Shown: piece after piece, positions 63,010-64,000 of the stretch
How the letters are laid out: each line of letters begins with the position of its first letter
Position numbering within the stretch: position 1 is the stretch's first letter
Assembly (NCBI GenBank): GCA_019057865.1
Contig: JAHLWP010000001.1
Location: 1-64,000 of the forward strand
Source of the DNA: Promethearchaeota archaeon
GTDB lineage: Archaea; Asgardarchaeota; Lokiarchaeia; Sigyniarchaeales; SOKP01
DNA length: 64,000 bases
Direction of reading: 5' to 3'
The notes under the pieces: generated by a model
What the model was told of the DNA's origin: nothing
What the model saw: only the letters and a program-made list of their open reading frames with translations
Databases searched by the model: none
Translations under genes and position numbers: made by a program

Positions 63010-63975
63010 TCATTCAAAATATTCTTCTATTTTGTCATCCATGTTTAATATCAGAGCAATAGTTTGAGAAAGTTCATTATCAGAAATGTTGTCTTTATTA
63101 GATAATTTTCTCGCAAGTTCTTGATATTTTTTTTTTATTAAGGGAGATGATAAATTAGTGAGTTTTTGAGTAAAAGAATAAAGATTTAAATAAGCTTCAT
63201 TATAATCTCCTTCTTTTAGAGATTTATTTCCTAATTGATTTACTGCTTCTGTTAATAGTGTTTTAACTTTATTTAAGAAAAAATTTAACTTGATTTTTGT
63301 GTCTTCTATTTTTTTTCTTAAAATTTTCGCTTCATTCCTATACTTGATGGATCCATCATTATCTTTAACATTTTCAGAAATTTCAATTAATTTTTCAATT
63401 ATAGTTAATTTTTGAAAATAATTATTTACCCTTTTTAATCTGGAAATTAAATAGGCTCTCTCTTTGATCAAATTTAGTTTTGACTGTTCAGATGCTTCTC
63501 TTTTTTGTGAGGAGATCGACTTTAAAATTTTTTTAATACTAAAATCTTTGATTGATCCCGAACCAGATTCTCCTAGTAATTGTTTTTTTGAATGAATTAG
63601 ATCGGTTAACGGCTGATCTAAAATTAAAAACTCATTTACATCAGCACGCCATTCAATAAATAATTCTTTATGGTTTAGAATGATCTTAATAATCTTTGGA
63701 AAAAGTCTTTTTAGGAGTTTGTAATCTTCTTTGTTGGCAATTATTACTAAGTCTGAATTTGTCTCTGGAACTAATAATGTAAATATAATATAATCTCCTA
63801 ATTCAATCGTTCTTAATTCTTTTGAGCCCTCAAGTAAAATTTCTGAAATATATGATTTTATTGCAGAAAAGAAAGCACCGAACATTTCCATCTTTCCATC
63901 ACTAACATCTTGAAAGGTTTTATTATAAAGAACTAGCCCAGACTCTCTTTGATAAAGAATTAAGGAATAAATCAC
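63010..63975 (-). CDS. Longin-like N-terminal domain protein with a helical C-terminus
   Basis: SGLVLY...F......F.AFFSAIKSY..E......L..I..G pattern typical of Asgard longin/roadblock-like domains. Confidence 0.6.
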   Translation of the reverse strand: MIYSLILYQRESGLVLYNKTFQDVSDGKMEMFGAFFSAIKSYISEILLEGSKELRTIELGDYIIFTLLVPETNSDLVIIANKEDYKLLKRLFPKIIKIILNHKELFIEWRADVNEFLILDQPLTDLIHSKKQLLGESGSGSIKDFSIKKILKSISSQKREASEQSKLNLIKERAYLISRLKRVNNYFQKLTIIEKLIEISENVKDNDGSIKYRNEAKILRKKIEDTKIKLNFFLNKVKTLLTEAVNQLGNKSLKEGDYNEAYLNLYSFTQKLTNLSSPLIKKKYQELARKLSNKDNISDNELSQTIALILNMDDKIEEYFE

Positions 63976-64000
63976 GCTTAGATTTAAATGAAAATATAAA

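Overview
A very AT-rich archaeal chromosome segment, most likely Asgard (Lokiarchaeia-type), inferred from Rab- and Arf/Rag-like GTPases, longin/DENN-like proteins, a tailed histone, eS25 and a Bud23-like methyltransferase. (1) A 3.66 kb two-gene element (about 38645-42302) encodes a Zn-finger/TFB-like/tandem-HNH/wHTH protein and has no recognisable integrase or transposase. It sits in codons 7-9 of a host gene. The original start (MFQPASLKG) is stranded on the left, and the element supplies a synonymously recoded replacement start (MFSPASLKG) plus a TATA box, which suggests a homing or 'cleave-and-rescue' element. A second giant protein with the same tandem-HNH module lies at the window start. 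(2) The ORF track fragments a selenoprotein operon: HdrA and MvhD/VhuD each have 2 in-frame UGA codons at conserved Cys positions, followed by a eukaryote-like SECIS whose AUGA core is the mvhD stop codon, then an FrhB-type gene. A Cys-type hdrD-mvhD pair is transcribed divergently. (3) Smaller oddities: a GC-richer MBL-hydrolase gene between 20-bp direct repeats, a P-loop-deleted duplicate uORF ahead of a GTPase, two probable ATA starts, a frameshifted transporter, an intron-containing tRNA-Ser(CGA), a Thr-type sulfatase, a degenerate ThiI and a form IV RuBisCO-like protein. All family calls come from motif recognition by eye; no database search was run.
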